Translations under genes and position numbers: made by a program
Origin: Candidatus Woesearchaeota archaeon
GTDB taxonomy: Archaea; Nanobdellota; Nanobdellia; Woesearchaeales; UBA10216
Length of the DNA stretch: 57,206 nucleotides
Reading direction: 5' to 3'
Assembly (NCBI GenBank): GCA_016180105.1
Contig: JACPBZ010000026.1
Coordinates: 1 to 57,206, forward strand
Shown: in pieces, positions 19,634-30,370 of the stretch
How the letters are laid out: each line of letters starts with the position of its first letter
How positions within the stretch are numbered: the stretch's first letter is position 1
Notes under the pieces: generated by a model
Databases searched by the model: none
What the model was told of the DNA's origin: nothing
Seen by the model: only the letters and a program-made list of their open reading frames with translations

Positions 19634-22600
19634 TTAAACTTTTTCGTTTTCTTCGAGTTTCTTTTCGTCTTGCCCTGTGGGCTCTATGGTCGCGCCGTGC
19701 TTTTCTTCAAATCTTTTCAGGTTTTCCTCGAATTTGGCGTTGTCCTCGTCGTTTTTCTTAATGGTTGGTTCCTGTTGGGCGTCAGCAGCTTTTTCAGTTA
19801 ATTTCGGTTCACTGTTGCTGTCATCGCGCTTTTCTGGTTTTCCCACGTCGCAAATCGGGTTGCGCCCGATTGCGCATTCCGCCGTCCGCGGAATTGCGCT
19901 GCTGCGATGGGGGTTTCTTCTTTTCACCACCCTATAGCCTGCCGCGAAGGTTCCTACTGCGGCAAGTGTTCCTATGAGGAGTGCTGCTGCAGTGTTGCCG
20001 CTGCCTGAGTCTGTCTCGTATATCTCTATGTTCAGCGAGACTTCTTCCTCTATTGCGGATTTGCCTTTTATTTCGAGCCCTTCAACGCTCCTGCCAGTGA
20101 TTATTATTTTTCCGGCTCGGAATCCTGTTTTTCTTGGCTCCTTTACTGCGTAGCCCTGGATTGGGTTTCCCTGGGGGTCTTTTCCTTCGGGCTTCAGCCT
20201 TATCGTTATGGTAAGGCTTTCCGATGGCGCCAGGACTGCAGCCTGGCCATTTTCGATTGTTATGTAGGAATCAAGGGGAGGTGCGGCCTTTACTTCCAGG
20301 TTGCGCAGTTCGCAGCTTCCTGTGTTGGTGATTTTGGCAGCCACTTCAGACCTGTTTATGAATGATGGCCTGTCCTGGACTTCTGCCTTGATGTTGTATG
20401 TGCATTCTTGTTTTTCTCCGGTTGTGGGAGGCGCTTTCGTTTCTTCCTCTGTTTTTTGGTTGGCAGTTTCGCTTTCTGTTGCTTCTCCTTCGCTTCCTCC
20501 TGAGGCTGCTGTTGCGGTGTCGGCTGTTGCGGCTGTGCTTGCTTGTTCAGTTGTCGAGTTTGCTGTGCTGTTGGTCGTGTTTGTTGAAGTCTGGTTTACT
20601 GTGGCGTTTGTTGCGCTGGTCTGGTTCGCTGTTTGGTTGGTTGTAGTGTTTGCTTGGGCTGCCTGGCTCGTGGCGTTTCCGAAGATTCCGAAGAGGCTTA
20701 GGTGGGTTGTGTTGCCTTCCACGTAGTTCAGCGCCGTGTTGACTGTTGAGTTTAGCTGCTCCCACAGCGTGGCGGTTTCATTGTAGAAGTACAGCGCAAT
20801 TGATGATTCTGTCACGTTCGCGGCGCTTACTTCGTCATCCGTGTAGTTGAGTGTTATTGTGGCAATCGAGATGTTTCCTTTTATTGCCTCGTCAGCCTCT
20901 ATCTCGATGTATCGCTTTAGCTCGTTTCTCGTCTTTGTTGTGTTTTTTATGTCTTCCTTGTGCTCTGACACTACTATGCTTCCTGTTGTTGTCTCTGCAT
21001 TGCCCCTGAGCTCAATTCTTGTGGTGTTTGTCGGCTTTAGTGCTGCGTTCGTGCTTGAGTTGAGTGTCAGTTTTTCCACTGCTGATTTTTCTGCCTCGGC
21101 AGCGACTCCAGTAGCGGCTTTCGCCTTTTGTGTGTTGTTGTGCTTGTCTTTTGCCGTTATCGCTATTATGTATGCGCCTTTTAGCGTGAGGGCGCTGGCT
21201 GTTCCGGCATAGGTGTCTGTTGATGTGTTCTGTAGTGTTAGGTTGAGTACGGTTGTGTCATCTTTCGTCAAGCTTGCCGTGACAGTGGTTGCTGATTTGT
21301 CTGTCACGTTGGCTGATACTGTCAGTGTTCCGCCTGTTATTGATGCTGATGCGCTGTTTATGCTGGGTGGCTCGCTGTCGTATGTGCAGCTTGTCGTGAA
21401 CTCTGAATAATTCCCGCCGTAGGCGTCTGTGCTTAGTCCTGTCTTGCCGTGGCAGTTGTTGCTGTCGTTGACCTGTGAGCAGGTTTTTTGGTTTTTGTCG
21501 TTGCATTCGCCATAGCCTGTGCAGCTGAATGATGGGGTGCAGTAGTCGCAAGCTGCCGTCTCATTGGCGGGTATTGTGCAGTCGCTCTGGAGTCCCGTGT
21601 CCTGGCAGCAGCTGTTTGAGTAAGCGTAGTCTACCACCAATGTGTCATTGTTGCGGCAGCTGCTGTTTGTGCTTGTCCATTGCGGCGTGCAGTAGTTGCA
21701 GCTTTCGCTTGTCCCGTTGTCGCCTGGCAGGTCTTCGGTTGAGCCGCAGCTGTTCGCATCGGTGTAGTATTTTGTCTTTGTGTCGTTTGTGCCGCAGGCT
21801 GTGTGGCTTGCCTGCCAGTTTTCATCGCACGTTGTTATCTTGTAGCTGAGTTTTGCGTTTTTTACTGCAGGTGTTTCTGTCTTGTTGGAGTAAAGCGTTG
21901 CCCTTAGCGTGATCTTGGTGGCTTGTCCTGGGATTGCAGTCTGCCACGTGCTTCCCGAGTCTGTTGAATGCTCGTACGTGACTCTCTGCCCGTTGAGGCT
22001 TTCGTCTGTTGCCAGGCCGAGGAGCTGTGCTGTGGTGCCGAAGCTTGTTTCCTTTGTTGCTATTGCAGCTGACTCTGGATATTCCTCTTTTTCGTGGGTT
22101 ATTCTTACGCTCTTCAGTATGGGCGTTGTCTTCTTGTCGTCAGTTTCAAGTGTTGCCTTGTATTGGATGTAGCCGTTTTGCACTCCTGTTATGTCTTGTG
22201 CGCTTTCCGTGTAGCTGTTTTCTTCTGGCTGCCAGTCAGCGTTCTCAAGTTCCTCTTCAGTTGCGGCTGTCCTTATTTTCAGCTTGATTGATGTTTTTGC
22301 TGGTTTGTCAGCTTCAAGATACAACTTTTTCAGTGTTCCATCGTACTTGTAAGCTGCTGACTTGAATTCCAGTTTTTTCTCGTAATCGCCGTTGTTTTTT
22401 TGCTTTATTGCTATGTGGCTGTCGTTCTTGAGTTCGGTTGTAATCTTCTGCAGCAGCAATTTTGCCTCTCCATTCGCAACGCTTATCAGGCCGAGGTTGT
22501 AGTCGTAATCCGCTGGGGTGTCGAATGTCCACTGGAGCTGCCTTGTTTCGTAAACTGCGTAGCCTGTCAAGGGCGCTGTTTGGGTTGAGAATGGGCTTAG

Positions 22601-22678
22601 CCTGTCTAGGATTATCAGGGAGACAAGCAAAATCAGCGAAATCACCAGGAGTTTTTTTGCTTCCTCAGACCATTTCAT
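19634..22678 (-). CDS. large surface glycoprotein (Cys-rich repeats, PGF-pre-PGF-like domain, C-terminal TM)
   Basis: N-terminal TM, three C-x-x-x-W/F..C..N.C repeats, YFYNE..W..TTHLSLFGIFG domain, N-x-T/S-rich linker, TM near the C-terminus. Confidence 0.75.
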   Translation of the reverse strand: MKWSEEAKKLLVISLILLVSLIILDRLSPFSTQTAPLTGYAVYETRQLQWTFDTPADYDYNLGLISVANGEAKLLLQKITTELKNDSHIAIKQKNNGDYEKKLEFKSAAYKYDGTLKKLYLEADKPAKTSIKLKIRTAATEEELENADWQPEENSYTESAQDITGVQNGYIQYKATLETDDKKTTPILKSVRITHEKEEYPESAAIATKETSFGTTAQLLGLATDESLNGQRVTYEHSTDSGSTWQTAIPGQATKITLRATLYSNKTETPAVKNAKLSYKITTCDENWQASHTACGTNDTKTKYYTDANSCGSTEDLPGDNGTSESCNYCTPQWTSTNSSCRNNDTLVVDYAYSNSCCQDTGLQSDCTIPANETAACDYCTPSFSCTGYGECNDKNQKTCSQVNDSNNCHGKTGLSTDAYGGNYSEFTTSCTYDSEPPSINSASASITGGTLTVSANVTDKSATTVTASLTKDDTTVLNLTLQNTSTDTYAGTASALTLKGAYIIAITAKDKHNNTQKAKAATGVAAEAEKSAVEKLTLNSSTNAALKPTNTTRIELRGNAETTTGSIVVSEHKEDIKNTTKTRNELKRYIEIEADEAIKGNISIATITLNYTDDEVSAANVTESSIALYFYNETATLWEQLNSTVNTALNYVEGNTTHLSLFGIFGNATSQAAQANTTTNQTANQTSATNATVNQTSTNTTNSTANSTTEQASTAATADTATAASGGSEGEATESETANQKTEEETKAPPTTGEKQECTYNIKAEVQDRPSFINRSEVAAKITNTGSCELRNLEVKAAPPLDSYITIENGQAAVLAPSESLTITIRLKPEGKDPQGNPIQGYAVKEPRKTGFRAGKIIITGRSVEGLEIKGKSAIEEEVSLNIEIYETDSGSGNTAAALLIGTLAAVGTFAAGYRVVKRRNPHRSSAIPRTAECAIGRNPICDVGKPEKRDDSNSEPKLTEKAADAQQEPTIKKNDEDNAKFEENLKRFEEKHGATIEPTGQDEKKLEENEKV
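19841..19913 (-). repeat. in-frame palindromic insertion (REP/RPE-like)
   Basis: CCCCATCGCAGCAGCG..ACGTGGGA outer stem with two nested hairpins; matches 46695-46719. Confidence 0.7.
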
Positions 22679-22790
22679 TCATTGCACCTTTTTGGATGAG
22701 TGGGCATCTTTTCTGCAGCTTCTGAATAAAAAGCTTTGTGACAACCGCCATAGAAAGTTATTTATACGGATTTTTCCAGGTTTGGCTGCG

Positions 22791-23508
22791 ATGGTGCTTG
22801 AGCTTCTCATTAATCCCGGGAAGGCTGAGCGTGAGCCTTGGGAGCTGTTCTTTGTGGGGCTTGTTTACAGTTCGGTTGCAATCTTCCTTAGCCTGTACAT
22901 TTTCAAGCAGTATGTTGGCATTGTCATGGTTTTCCTTACCACGATTGCCTGCACTTACCTCATTCAGGGCACTTTGAGGAGGGAGGAAAAGAAGGACCTC
23001 CATTCAGGAGGAAACGATAAGGTGCATTAATTCTGTGGGCGTGGAAGGCTGCCTCTCTGCCCCGACTGAGTCCTTTGTGAAGATTTTCCTGAACAATATC
23101 AAGGTGCTTTTTTTTGTCCTTATCTTTGCCTTTTTCTATGGGGCAGGCTCTATTTTCATTCTTGCCTGGAATGCGACTGTTGTTGCTGCCGCCATTGGGA
23201 TTTTTGTCAGGAATAGCTTGAGCAGCGTTGCTGCTTCCCTGGGTTTTTCTTCTGTTTCAGCGTATTTTTCCTCTTACTCCCTTGGCCTTCTGCGTTACCT
23301 CACGCACGGCTGGCTTGAAATCCTGGCTTATTTTATTGCTGCCCTTGCCGGCGGCATCATATCTGTTGCGGTTGCAAGGCACACCTTCAATAGCCGGGGT
23401 TTCAGGAAGGTCCTTTTGGATTCTGTTGACCTGGTGGCACTCTCCCTTGGGGCGCTTTTCCTGGCTGCGATTGTCGAAGTTTTTGTTACGCCAATGCTTT
23501 TTGGTTAG
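22791..23508 (+). CDS. SpoIIM/DUF95-like membrane protein, interrupted at about 23000
   Basis: IFLNNIKV..ILAWNA..THGWLEILAY..AAIVEVFV; frame changes between KKDL and IQEETIRCINS. Confidence 0.75.
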
Positions 23509-23612
23509 GGTGTTGTCACTTATCTCCACGAAGTTTTTGGGCTTTAAATAGCAAAATATTTAAGTGAACGTTTTCAGAGTTAAGTCCTTAAAGTAAGGCT
23601 TGGCTGAGTCAA

Positions 23613-25238
23613 ATGTCGAAAAAATGGCGTGGTTCTAAGTGGCTTCCAGCAGTAATGCTTGCCTTTTTGTTGTTGGCCTTGCCTGTTTCTGCTGAAATCA
23701 GGGTTGAAACTGACAAGGGGGTCTATAACTTTGGGGACAGTATAGTCGCCAGTTACGAGTTTTCGAGAGACCAGGATTTTTCTGGCCTTATGAAGTTGTC
23801 CCTTTATTGCAGCGGTTTTGAGCTTGAATTTTACACTTTGCCAACAAACATTTACGCTGGCGAGCGCCAGCAGGTGACAGTTCCTCCCTTGAGCGTTTCG
23901 CCAGCCATGCTTGGAAAGTGCTATGTGGCTGCCAATGCAACTTCGTATGACCGGCTGATTAATGAGAGCAGCACGTCCAACTTTTTCAATGTCACAAGCC
24001 TCATTTCTGTTGCTGTTGAGGTAGCTTACCAGTCCTACCTTCCTGGCAGCATAGTTGAAGTTTCAGGTAGGGTTGGCAAGAGTCATTCCCTTCCCGCGAG
24101 TGCTGTTATGGAGTTTCTCGGCACTAACTACGCTTCTCCTGTTACTGATAACGTGTTTGCTTACAGCGTCAAGCTCCCGAAGAACATAAAGTCAGGAAAT
24201 CACTCTCTCTCCTTTCTTGTCAACGATTCTTATGGCAATTCAGGCTCTGCCTCCGCACAGTTTTCGGTTGAGGCGGTTCCCACTCGGTTGGTAAACTTCC
24301 TGGATAAGCAGGTCGTCAGGCCCTCTGAGTCGTTTTCAGTCACTGTTTCGGCCTACGACCAGGCTGATGATGCGCTTTCCGGTGAAGTTGGCGTTTCCGT
24401 GACAGACTCGTCAGGGATTGTGGTTATGATTGGCTCCGGCATTACGGGTTCGAATATGATTCTCGCATTCCAGAGCCATCAGAAGCCTGGCAGTTACACC
24501 TTGTCTTCATCGGCGCTTGGCCTTTCCGCGGCAAGCCAGGTTGTTGTTGAGGAAGTTGAGGACGCCTCTGTCAGCCTTGGCAGCAACACTGTTGTCTTGA
24601 AAAATACTGGAAACGTGAACTATGTTCGCCAGTTTAACATCACCCTGTCTGGGGAACGGAGTTATGTTGTCGTGCAGGATGTTGACCTTGCTCCTGGCGA
24701 GGCTTTTGAGGTTGATCTTTCAAGCGCTGTGCGCGAAGGCACTTACAATGTTGCATTTCCAACCGTGGCCAATTCGTCTGTGGTTGAAAATGCGTTTATT
24801 GAGGACAACAGGCCTCTTCTTAAGAAGACTTCTGATTTCCTTGGCATCACGGGCAGGGCGGTTACCAAGCTGGAGTCCGGCACTGGCAAGGTACAGGCAA
24901 AGTTCGCGCCCCTCCTGTTGTTTCTTATAGTGGCCGTGACGGCATTTTATTTTGTTAAAAACAGGAGGAGAGGTGGCGGAAAAGGCAACGATTTCAATAG
25001 CGACAATTTTGGAAGCGGCAGCGGTGGTGGCAGCGATACTGCCGTCAGTAGTGCGAAGGCGCCCAGCCCTCCGGTGCAGTCTTCCGTGCCATCCGAGGAG
25101 GACAGGGTGAGGCAGATTATTGAGGAGAAGCGCAGGCAGATTCAGGAAAGGTATCCGCAGCAGCCCAAGAGCCTCCGCGACGACCCGGCAGCGCAGAAGT
25201 TTGTCAGGGATATGATGAAGGAGAAGAAGTTCAGGTAG
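23613..25238 (+). CDS. exported surface protein with C-terminal TM and cytoplasmic tail
   Basis: Signal peptide (..PVSA/E), Ig-like repeats, TM LLLFLIVAVTAFYFV followed by KNRRR. Confidence 0.75.
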   Translation: MSKKWRGSKWLPAVMLAFLLLALPVSAEIRVETDKGVYNFGDSIVASYEFSRDQDFSGLMKLSLYCSGFELEFYTLPTNIYAGERQQVTVPPLSVSPAMLGKCYVAANATSYDRLINESSTSNFFNVTSLISVAVEVAYQSYLPGSIVEVSGRVGKSHSLPASAVMEFLGTNYASPVTDNVFAYSVKLPKNIKSGNHSLSFLVNDSYGNSGSASAQFSVEAVPTRLVNFLDKQVVRPSESFSVTVSAYDQADDALSGEVGVSVTDSSGIVVMIGSGITGSNMILAFQSHQKPGSYTLSSSALGLSAASQVVVEEVEDASVSLGSNTVVLKNTGNVNYVRQFNITLSGERSYVVVQDVDLAPGEAFEVDLSSAVREGTYNVAFPTVANSSVVENAFIEDNRPLLKKTSDFLGITGRAVTKLESGTGKVQAKFAPLLLFLIVAVTAFYFVKNRRRGGGKGNDFNSDNFGSGSGGGSDTAVSSAKAPSPPVQSSVPSEEDRVRQIIEEKRRQIQERYPQQPKSLRDDPAAQKFVRDMMKEKKFR

Positions 25239-25278
25239 TTCAGCAACCATTTTAAATCTCGTTTCTATTCGCTTTTTT

Positions 25279-27920
25279 ATGGCGGCTGTTAGCGATTCTG
25301 GAATAATGAGGAAGGAAGTTCCAAACGACTCCAGTGAGATACTTGGCGTTCTTAATCCCACTGTGAAGCAGTGGTTTTTTTCCCGTTTCAAGGAGTTCAG
25401 CCTGCCTCAGCTTTTTGGAGTGATGGAAATCCACGGCAGGAGTAACATCCTCGTTTCAGCGCCAACTGGCGCGACTAAGACATTGACAGCTTTTCTTAGT
25501 ATCCTGAACGAGCTTGTTGACAGCAGCGAGAAGGGCATTCTTGAGGACAGGATTTACTGCGTTTATGTTTCGCCCTTGAAGGCCCTTAACAATGACATTG
25601 GCAAGAATTTGAGGGAGCCTCTTGAGGAGATGGAGAAGATTGCGGGAAGGAAGCTGGGCATTCGCATAGGCGTGCGCACTGGTGACACGACAGCTTCCGA
25701 GAAGTCCAGGATGCTTGCAAAGCCGCCGCATATCCTGATTACCACGCCTGAGTCGCTGGCCATTGTGCTTTCCGCCTCTAAATTTGTTGCTCACTTGGGA
25801 AATGTTGAGTGGTGCATTATTGATGAGGTTCACGCCCTGGCTGAGAACAAGCGCGGTGTTCACCTTTCGCTGAGCCTTGAGCGCCTTCAGAGGCTGTCTC
25901 CCGGGATGGCCCGCATTGGCTTGTCAGCGACAATTGCGCCCTTGGAGGAGATTGCCAAGTTCCTTGTGGGCTTGGAAGATTTTTCTTCCGGCAGGTATCG
26001 CAGCTGCAGGATTTGTGATGTTCAGTTTGTCAAGAAAATGGACTTGAAGGTCATCAGCCCGGTGCCTGACCTGATTGATGCTAGCCGGGCTCAGATGCAG
26101 GATTCGATGTATGTTTTGATTGACGGCCTTATCCAGAGCCACAGGACAACTCTTATCTTCACTAATACGAGGTCGGCGACAGAGCGTGTCATTAATCATC
26201 TCAAGGAGAGGTTCCCGAAAAATTATGCGGCAGCCGAGCCCTCCATTGGCGCGCACCACGGCTCTCTCAGCAAGGAGCACCGTTATGGTATTGAGTCGGC
26301 CTTGCGGTCTGGGAAGCTGAAGTGCGTTGTCAGCAGCACGAGCCTGGAGTTGGGTATTGATATTGGCTACATTGACCTTGTGATTTTGCTTGGGAGCCCG
26401 AAGTCGGTCGCAAGGGCCATTCAGAGGATTGGCCGCTCTGGTCACAAGCTTCACGAAGTTTCAATGGGCAGGATAATTGTCCTGGATAGGGATGACCTGA
26501 TTGAGTGCGCTGTCCTCCTGAAGTCAGCCATCGAGAAGGACATTGACAGGATTCACATTCCCTCTAACTGCCTTGATGTTCTTGCCCAGCAGGTTTTTGG
26601 GATTGCCATCGCTGACACTATGAGCGTCAATGACCTTTATGGTCTTGTGCGCGGTAGCTATTGCTATAGGGATTTGTCATTCAAGGATTTGAAGGAAGTC
26701 CTGGATTATCTTAGTGGAAAGTTTATCTCCCTTGAGGACCGCCACATTTACGCCAAGATATGGCACGATGAGTTGACTGGAATGATTGGCCGCCGGGGAA
26801 GGCTTAGCCGCGTTATCTACATGACGAACATCGGCACCATTTGACAGTGAAAATTGCCGGCACTGAGGAGGTTGTTGGGAAGGTTGACGAGTCTTTCCTT
26901 GAGAGGCTTAAGAAAAGCGATGTTTTTGTGCTGGGCGGGGATAAGTACCAGTTCGGCCACGCCAAGGGAATGGTTGCTTATGTGCACAGCTCGGTTGACA
27001 GGCAGCCTACCATTCCTTCCTGGTTTTCCGAGATGCTGCCGTTGAGCTTTGACCTTGCGATGAGCATCGGCAAGTTCAGGAGGCTGATGGAGGAAAAGTT
27101 CAATCACAATCGCAGCAAGGCGGAAATTCTTGAATTCATAAACGGCTACCTCTATGTTGACAGCAACGCCGCTGAGTCGATTTACGACTATTTCAGGGAG
27201 CAGTTTCTCTTCCTGGAGATTCCTCACGACAAGAAGATATTGGTTGAGTCGTATTCTGAGCAAGGGCGCCATTATGCTGTTTTTCATACTCTTTTCGGGA
27301 GGAGGGTGAATGATTGCCTTTCTCGCGCCGTGGCTTTCGCGATTTCCCGGACGCAGCATCACGATGTTGAGGTTGGCATTACTGACAACGGTTTTTTCGT
27401 TGGCTGCCCAAGGGCTTTTAATGCAATGGCGGCATTCAAGCTTCTTAATTCGGAAAAGCTTTCCCAGGTGCTTTCAGCCGCCATTGAGCAGTCAGAAATC
27501 CTTCGGAGGCGCTTCAGGCACTGCGCTGCGCGCTCGTTGATGATCCTGCGCGAATATCTTGGTCACAGGAAAAGGGTTGGCAGGCAGCAGGTGTCTTCCC
27601 AGATACTGATTAATGCCGTGCGCCGGATTAGTCCTGATTTTTGCATCCTTAAGGAAGCCAGGAGGGAAGTTCTCGAGGACCTGATGGACCTGCCTTCCAC
27701 GTCGTTGGTTATTAAGCTCATTGAGGATGGAAAGATAAAGCTTAAGCAGGTTAATGGCTCAATGCCTTCGCCTTTCGCATTCAACATTGTCCTTGAGTCC
27801 CACACTGACATGATGCGTATGGAAGACAAGGTTGAGTTCCTCAAGAGGATGCATCAGAAAATTCTTGATCGGATTGGTGTTCGAAGCCGGAAGGAGGCTG
27901 CGGAAGCCTCGGCAGCCTAA
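25279..27920 (+). CDS. lhr: Lhr-family SF2 helicase, frameshifted at about 26841
   Basis: APTGATKT, DEVH, GLSAT, SLELGIDIG, QRIGRSGH; winged-helix and domain 4 continue in ORF 26841-27920. Confidence 0.9.
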
Positions 27921-27965
27921 AGCAAAAACTATATATACCCTTTAAGGCATTTTTCGTGCCATCCA

Positions 27966-28292
27966 ATGAAGAAGCACAGGGCTAAGGCGCATTCTGCACG
28001 TTCTGGCGGTAAGCAGGTTAAGGCCAAGAGGCCAACAACGCACGGCAGGACTGTTTCTAAGAGGGCAGCAAGGCCGCAAAAAATGCGTGCTGCAGCTAAA
28101 CCGGGGCAGGCATTTCATTCACCATCCCAGAAGGCTGCCGATGAGGTTCCAACGCTTGAGCAGGTTACCATTACTTGTGCCAACTGCGGGAGGCCTTTCA
28201 AGCTTTTCAAGCTCAAGGGCCTCAGCCTTGAGGGCACCATTTGCCAAAGGTGCAGCCTTGGCGAGATGGAGCTTCCGGAAAGCTTTGGGTAG
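27966..28292 (+). CDS. basic N-terminal tail plus zinc-ribbon protein
   Basis: K/R/A-rich first 50 aa; CANC..CQRC. Confidence 0.65.
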   Translation: MKKHRAKAHSARSGGKQVKAKRPTTHGRTVSKRAARPQKMRAAAKPGQAFHSPSQKAADEVPTLEQVTITCANCGRPFKLFKLKGLSLEGTICQRCSLGEMELPESFG

Positions 28293-28335
28293 CTGCGCAG
28301 CAACCAATAAATAGCCTTTATTCGCATCTTCTTTT

Positions 28336-29088
28336 ATGGATACTGTTGAGGTGCTTCCCGGGATTGAAATAGCAGACTTGGCGCTCTATCTTAAAAAAGA
28401 GAACGTGGTTGTCATTGGAGATGTCCATCTGGGCTATGAGGATGCGATGTCGAAGCAGGGCATTTTCCTGCCAAGATTCCAGTTTAGGGACACCGTTGAC
28501 AGGTTGGAGAAAATTTTATCCTCGTTGCGGCCGCAGGGGATAAGTGTCGGTGAAAAGCTTGAAGCAGTGGTCATAAACGGAGATTTAAAGCACGAGTTTG
28601 GCAGCATTTCAGACCAGGAATGGCGCGATATTCTTAAGCTCATTGACCTGTTACTGGAGCACGCGCAGCAAGTCATAATAGTCAGGGGCAACCACGACAT
28701 CAAGCTTTCCCCCATTGCAAGGAAAAGGAGCATTGTGGTTGTCGAGAACATTTCCATCAATGACACGTTCATTTGCCACGGCCACGAAGTTCCTGCCAGC
28801 AAGGAATTCAGAGAATCGAAAATCGTCATTGTGGGCAACGAGCATCCCGCAATTTCGGTGAGGGAGGGGCCGAGGAGCGAGCTTTACAAGTGCTTCCTGC
28901 TTGGTAGATGGGATGGCAAGAAAATGGTGGTGATGCCATCATTCAATCAGATAACGATAGGCACCGACATCCTCAAGGAGAAGTTCATCAGTCCGTTCAT
29001 GCAGCAGAATCTCGGAAGCTTTGAGGTCTTTGCCGTTGCCGACAAGCCTTACCATCTCGGGAAGGTAGCTGAAGCAAAAGGTTTATGA
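28336..29088 (+). CDS. Lhr-associated calcineurin-like metallophosphoesterase
   Basis: DVHLG, NGDLKH, GNHD, HGH, GNEHP, MPSFN. Confidence 0.88.
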   Translation: MDTVEVLPGIEIADLALYLKKENVVVIGDVHLGYEDAMSKQGIFLPRFQFRDTVDRLEKILSSLRPQGISVGEKLEAVVINGDLKHEFGSISDQEWRDILKLIDLLLEHAQQVIIVRGNHDIKLSPIARKRSIVVVENISINDTFICHGHEVPASKEFRESKIVIVGNEHPAISVREGPRSELYKCFLLGRWDGKKMVVMPSFNQITIGTDILKEKFISPFMQQNLGSFEVFAVADKPYHLGKVAEAKGL

Positions 29089-29387
29089 ATAAGTTTGACT
29101 AAGTTAAGCTTAGTATGGTTCAAGCCTTGGTTGAAATTGGATGGAATTAGGTCTGATCCGACGTATCAGGGAATAAATCCAAAACATAAGCAGTCACTTA
29201 CGGCCGTGTATCGGGAAGCACGTTCTTGTTAGATCTAGTTCGGATTTCTTGCGAGTACCGGTTAGCAGTCCCAGAAGACGACAAAAATGTGGATATTTAG
29301 GCGAGTAGAACCTGCACTTACAGTTCACCGCCGTAACATGGCAAGTTTTGGGCCATTTGGCTTAAGACGTTTAAAGAACAAATTGGC

Positions 29388-29660
29388 CTACTTGTCTAAG
29401 ATTATGCTTTGAGGTTGCCATCCTCTGGGAATTTTGTATCTGGTCTTTAGAAGAGTTACTGAGCTTATTCTCGCAATTACGAACGTTCTTTCTTCATTTC
29501 TCAAATGACAAAACGCAGTGATTGCGCTTTTCCAGATTTTATAGACGTCGATTACCCTTGTTGTGTGTTCATTGTTATGAGGACTGTAGTATGTTATCTT
29601 CAAACTCTTTTTATGTTCGAACGCTTTCTTCAGCAGGTTCACAATTTCGGATTTTTTCAT
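29388..29660 (-). CDS. stand-alone WYL-domain protein
   Basis: LKITY..TTRVID..AFCHLRNEERTFVIARI. Confidence 0.85.
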   Translation of the reverse strand: MKKSEIVNLLKKAFEHKKSLKITYYSPHNNEHTTRVIDVYKIWKSAITAFCHLRNEERTFVIARISSVTLLKTRYKIPRGWQPQSIILDK

Positions 29661-29672
29661 CTGAAAAACCAG

Positions 29673-29801
29673 TTAATGCGGCCCCAGGCATCGGCATTCC
29701 TTTATGTGTGTCCAAAACTTCTTCTCGTCAGGCTTCATTTTGCAGCCGCAGCACGGGCATCTGTCTGACATTTCGAGTTCCTCTTTGTTTAGTTTACCCA
29801 T
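29673..29801 (-). CDS. 42-aa Cys/His-rich zinc-finger microprotein (not in ORF track)
   Basis: MGKLNKEELEMSDRCPCCGCKMKPDEKKFWTHIKECRCLGPH; GGAGGAG SD directly upstream. Confidence 0.65.
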   Translation of the reverse strand: MGKLNKEELEMSDRCPCCGCKMKPDEKKFWTHIKECRCLGPH

Positions 29802-29809
29802 AGCTCCTC

Positions 29810-30370
29810 CTACTCAAATACTTCTCCAAGCCTTTTGACAAACTGCTTTGCGCTGCTTAACAAATCTTCAGCCAAATCTCTAGATATTTCTCCTACTTCG
29901 TAAGCTGCTGTTCTTCTTGTTTGTCTTCCTTTCGCAAGCATATCCACATATTCCTCTTTCAGCGACCTGGCTTTGTCAAGCATGTCCACAAGGCGCTCTT
30001 CCAGAATGCCCTCATGCACATAGTAGTAATACAAAGCCCAAACTGCCGCTTCATGCGGCCTTACCTTGTAGCCAATCCTGGCCAAGGCGGCCATAGCCGC
30101 ATGATACATCGCATAATATGCCGCTTCAATAACTGACTCGTAGCACCTGAACTTAGGGTTCAGACTGTGAACCTTCTTTAGCTTTTCATCTTCCGAAATG
30201 TTCCATAGCAGGTTGGCTACTACGAGGTTGAAGCCTGCCTTCTCCATGTGTTTTCCCGCAAGATGCTTGATTGTGATGTCTTTCTCGAGTGCTGGTTGCT
30301 CTCCACGCTGCGTCCTCTTGTAGTATTCTATTTTTCCTTTCAGTACTGCAAGGCTATATTTTAAGGTCAT
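29810..30370 (-). CDS. HEPN-domain protein (toxin of MNT-HEPN pair)
   Basis: AYYAMYHAAMAAL, RPHEAA, R..R...Y. Confidence 0.85.
   Translation of the reverse strand: MTLKYSLAVLKGKIEYYKRTQRGEQPALEKDITIKHLAGKHMEKAGFNLVVANLLWNISEDEKLKKVHSLNPKFRCYESVIEAAYYAMYHAAMAALARIGYKVRPHEAAVWALYYYYVHEGILEERLVDMLDKARSLKEEYVDMLAKGRQTRRTAAYEVGEISRDLAEDLLSSAKQFVKRLGEVFE

Noticed and set aside
19841..19913. BHB intron in a protein-coding gene
   Set aside because: Flanks are purine-rich and cannot form a bulge-helix-bulge, and the frame is preserved, so it is treated as an in-frame palindromic insertion.
27884..27920. CCGGAAGG stretch resembling SRP RNA helix 8
   Set aside because: Lies within the lhr 3' end and lacks the SRP internal-loop consensus; only a simple hairpin follows.
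29089..29387. Degenerate CRISPR (GTTCAAG..TTGAAA-like word)
   Set aside because: The word occurs only once and there is no periodicity.
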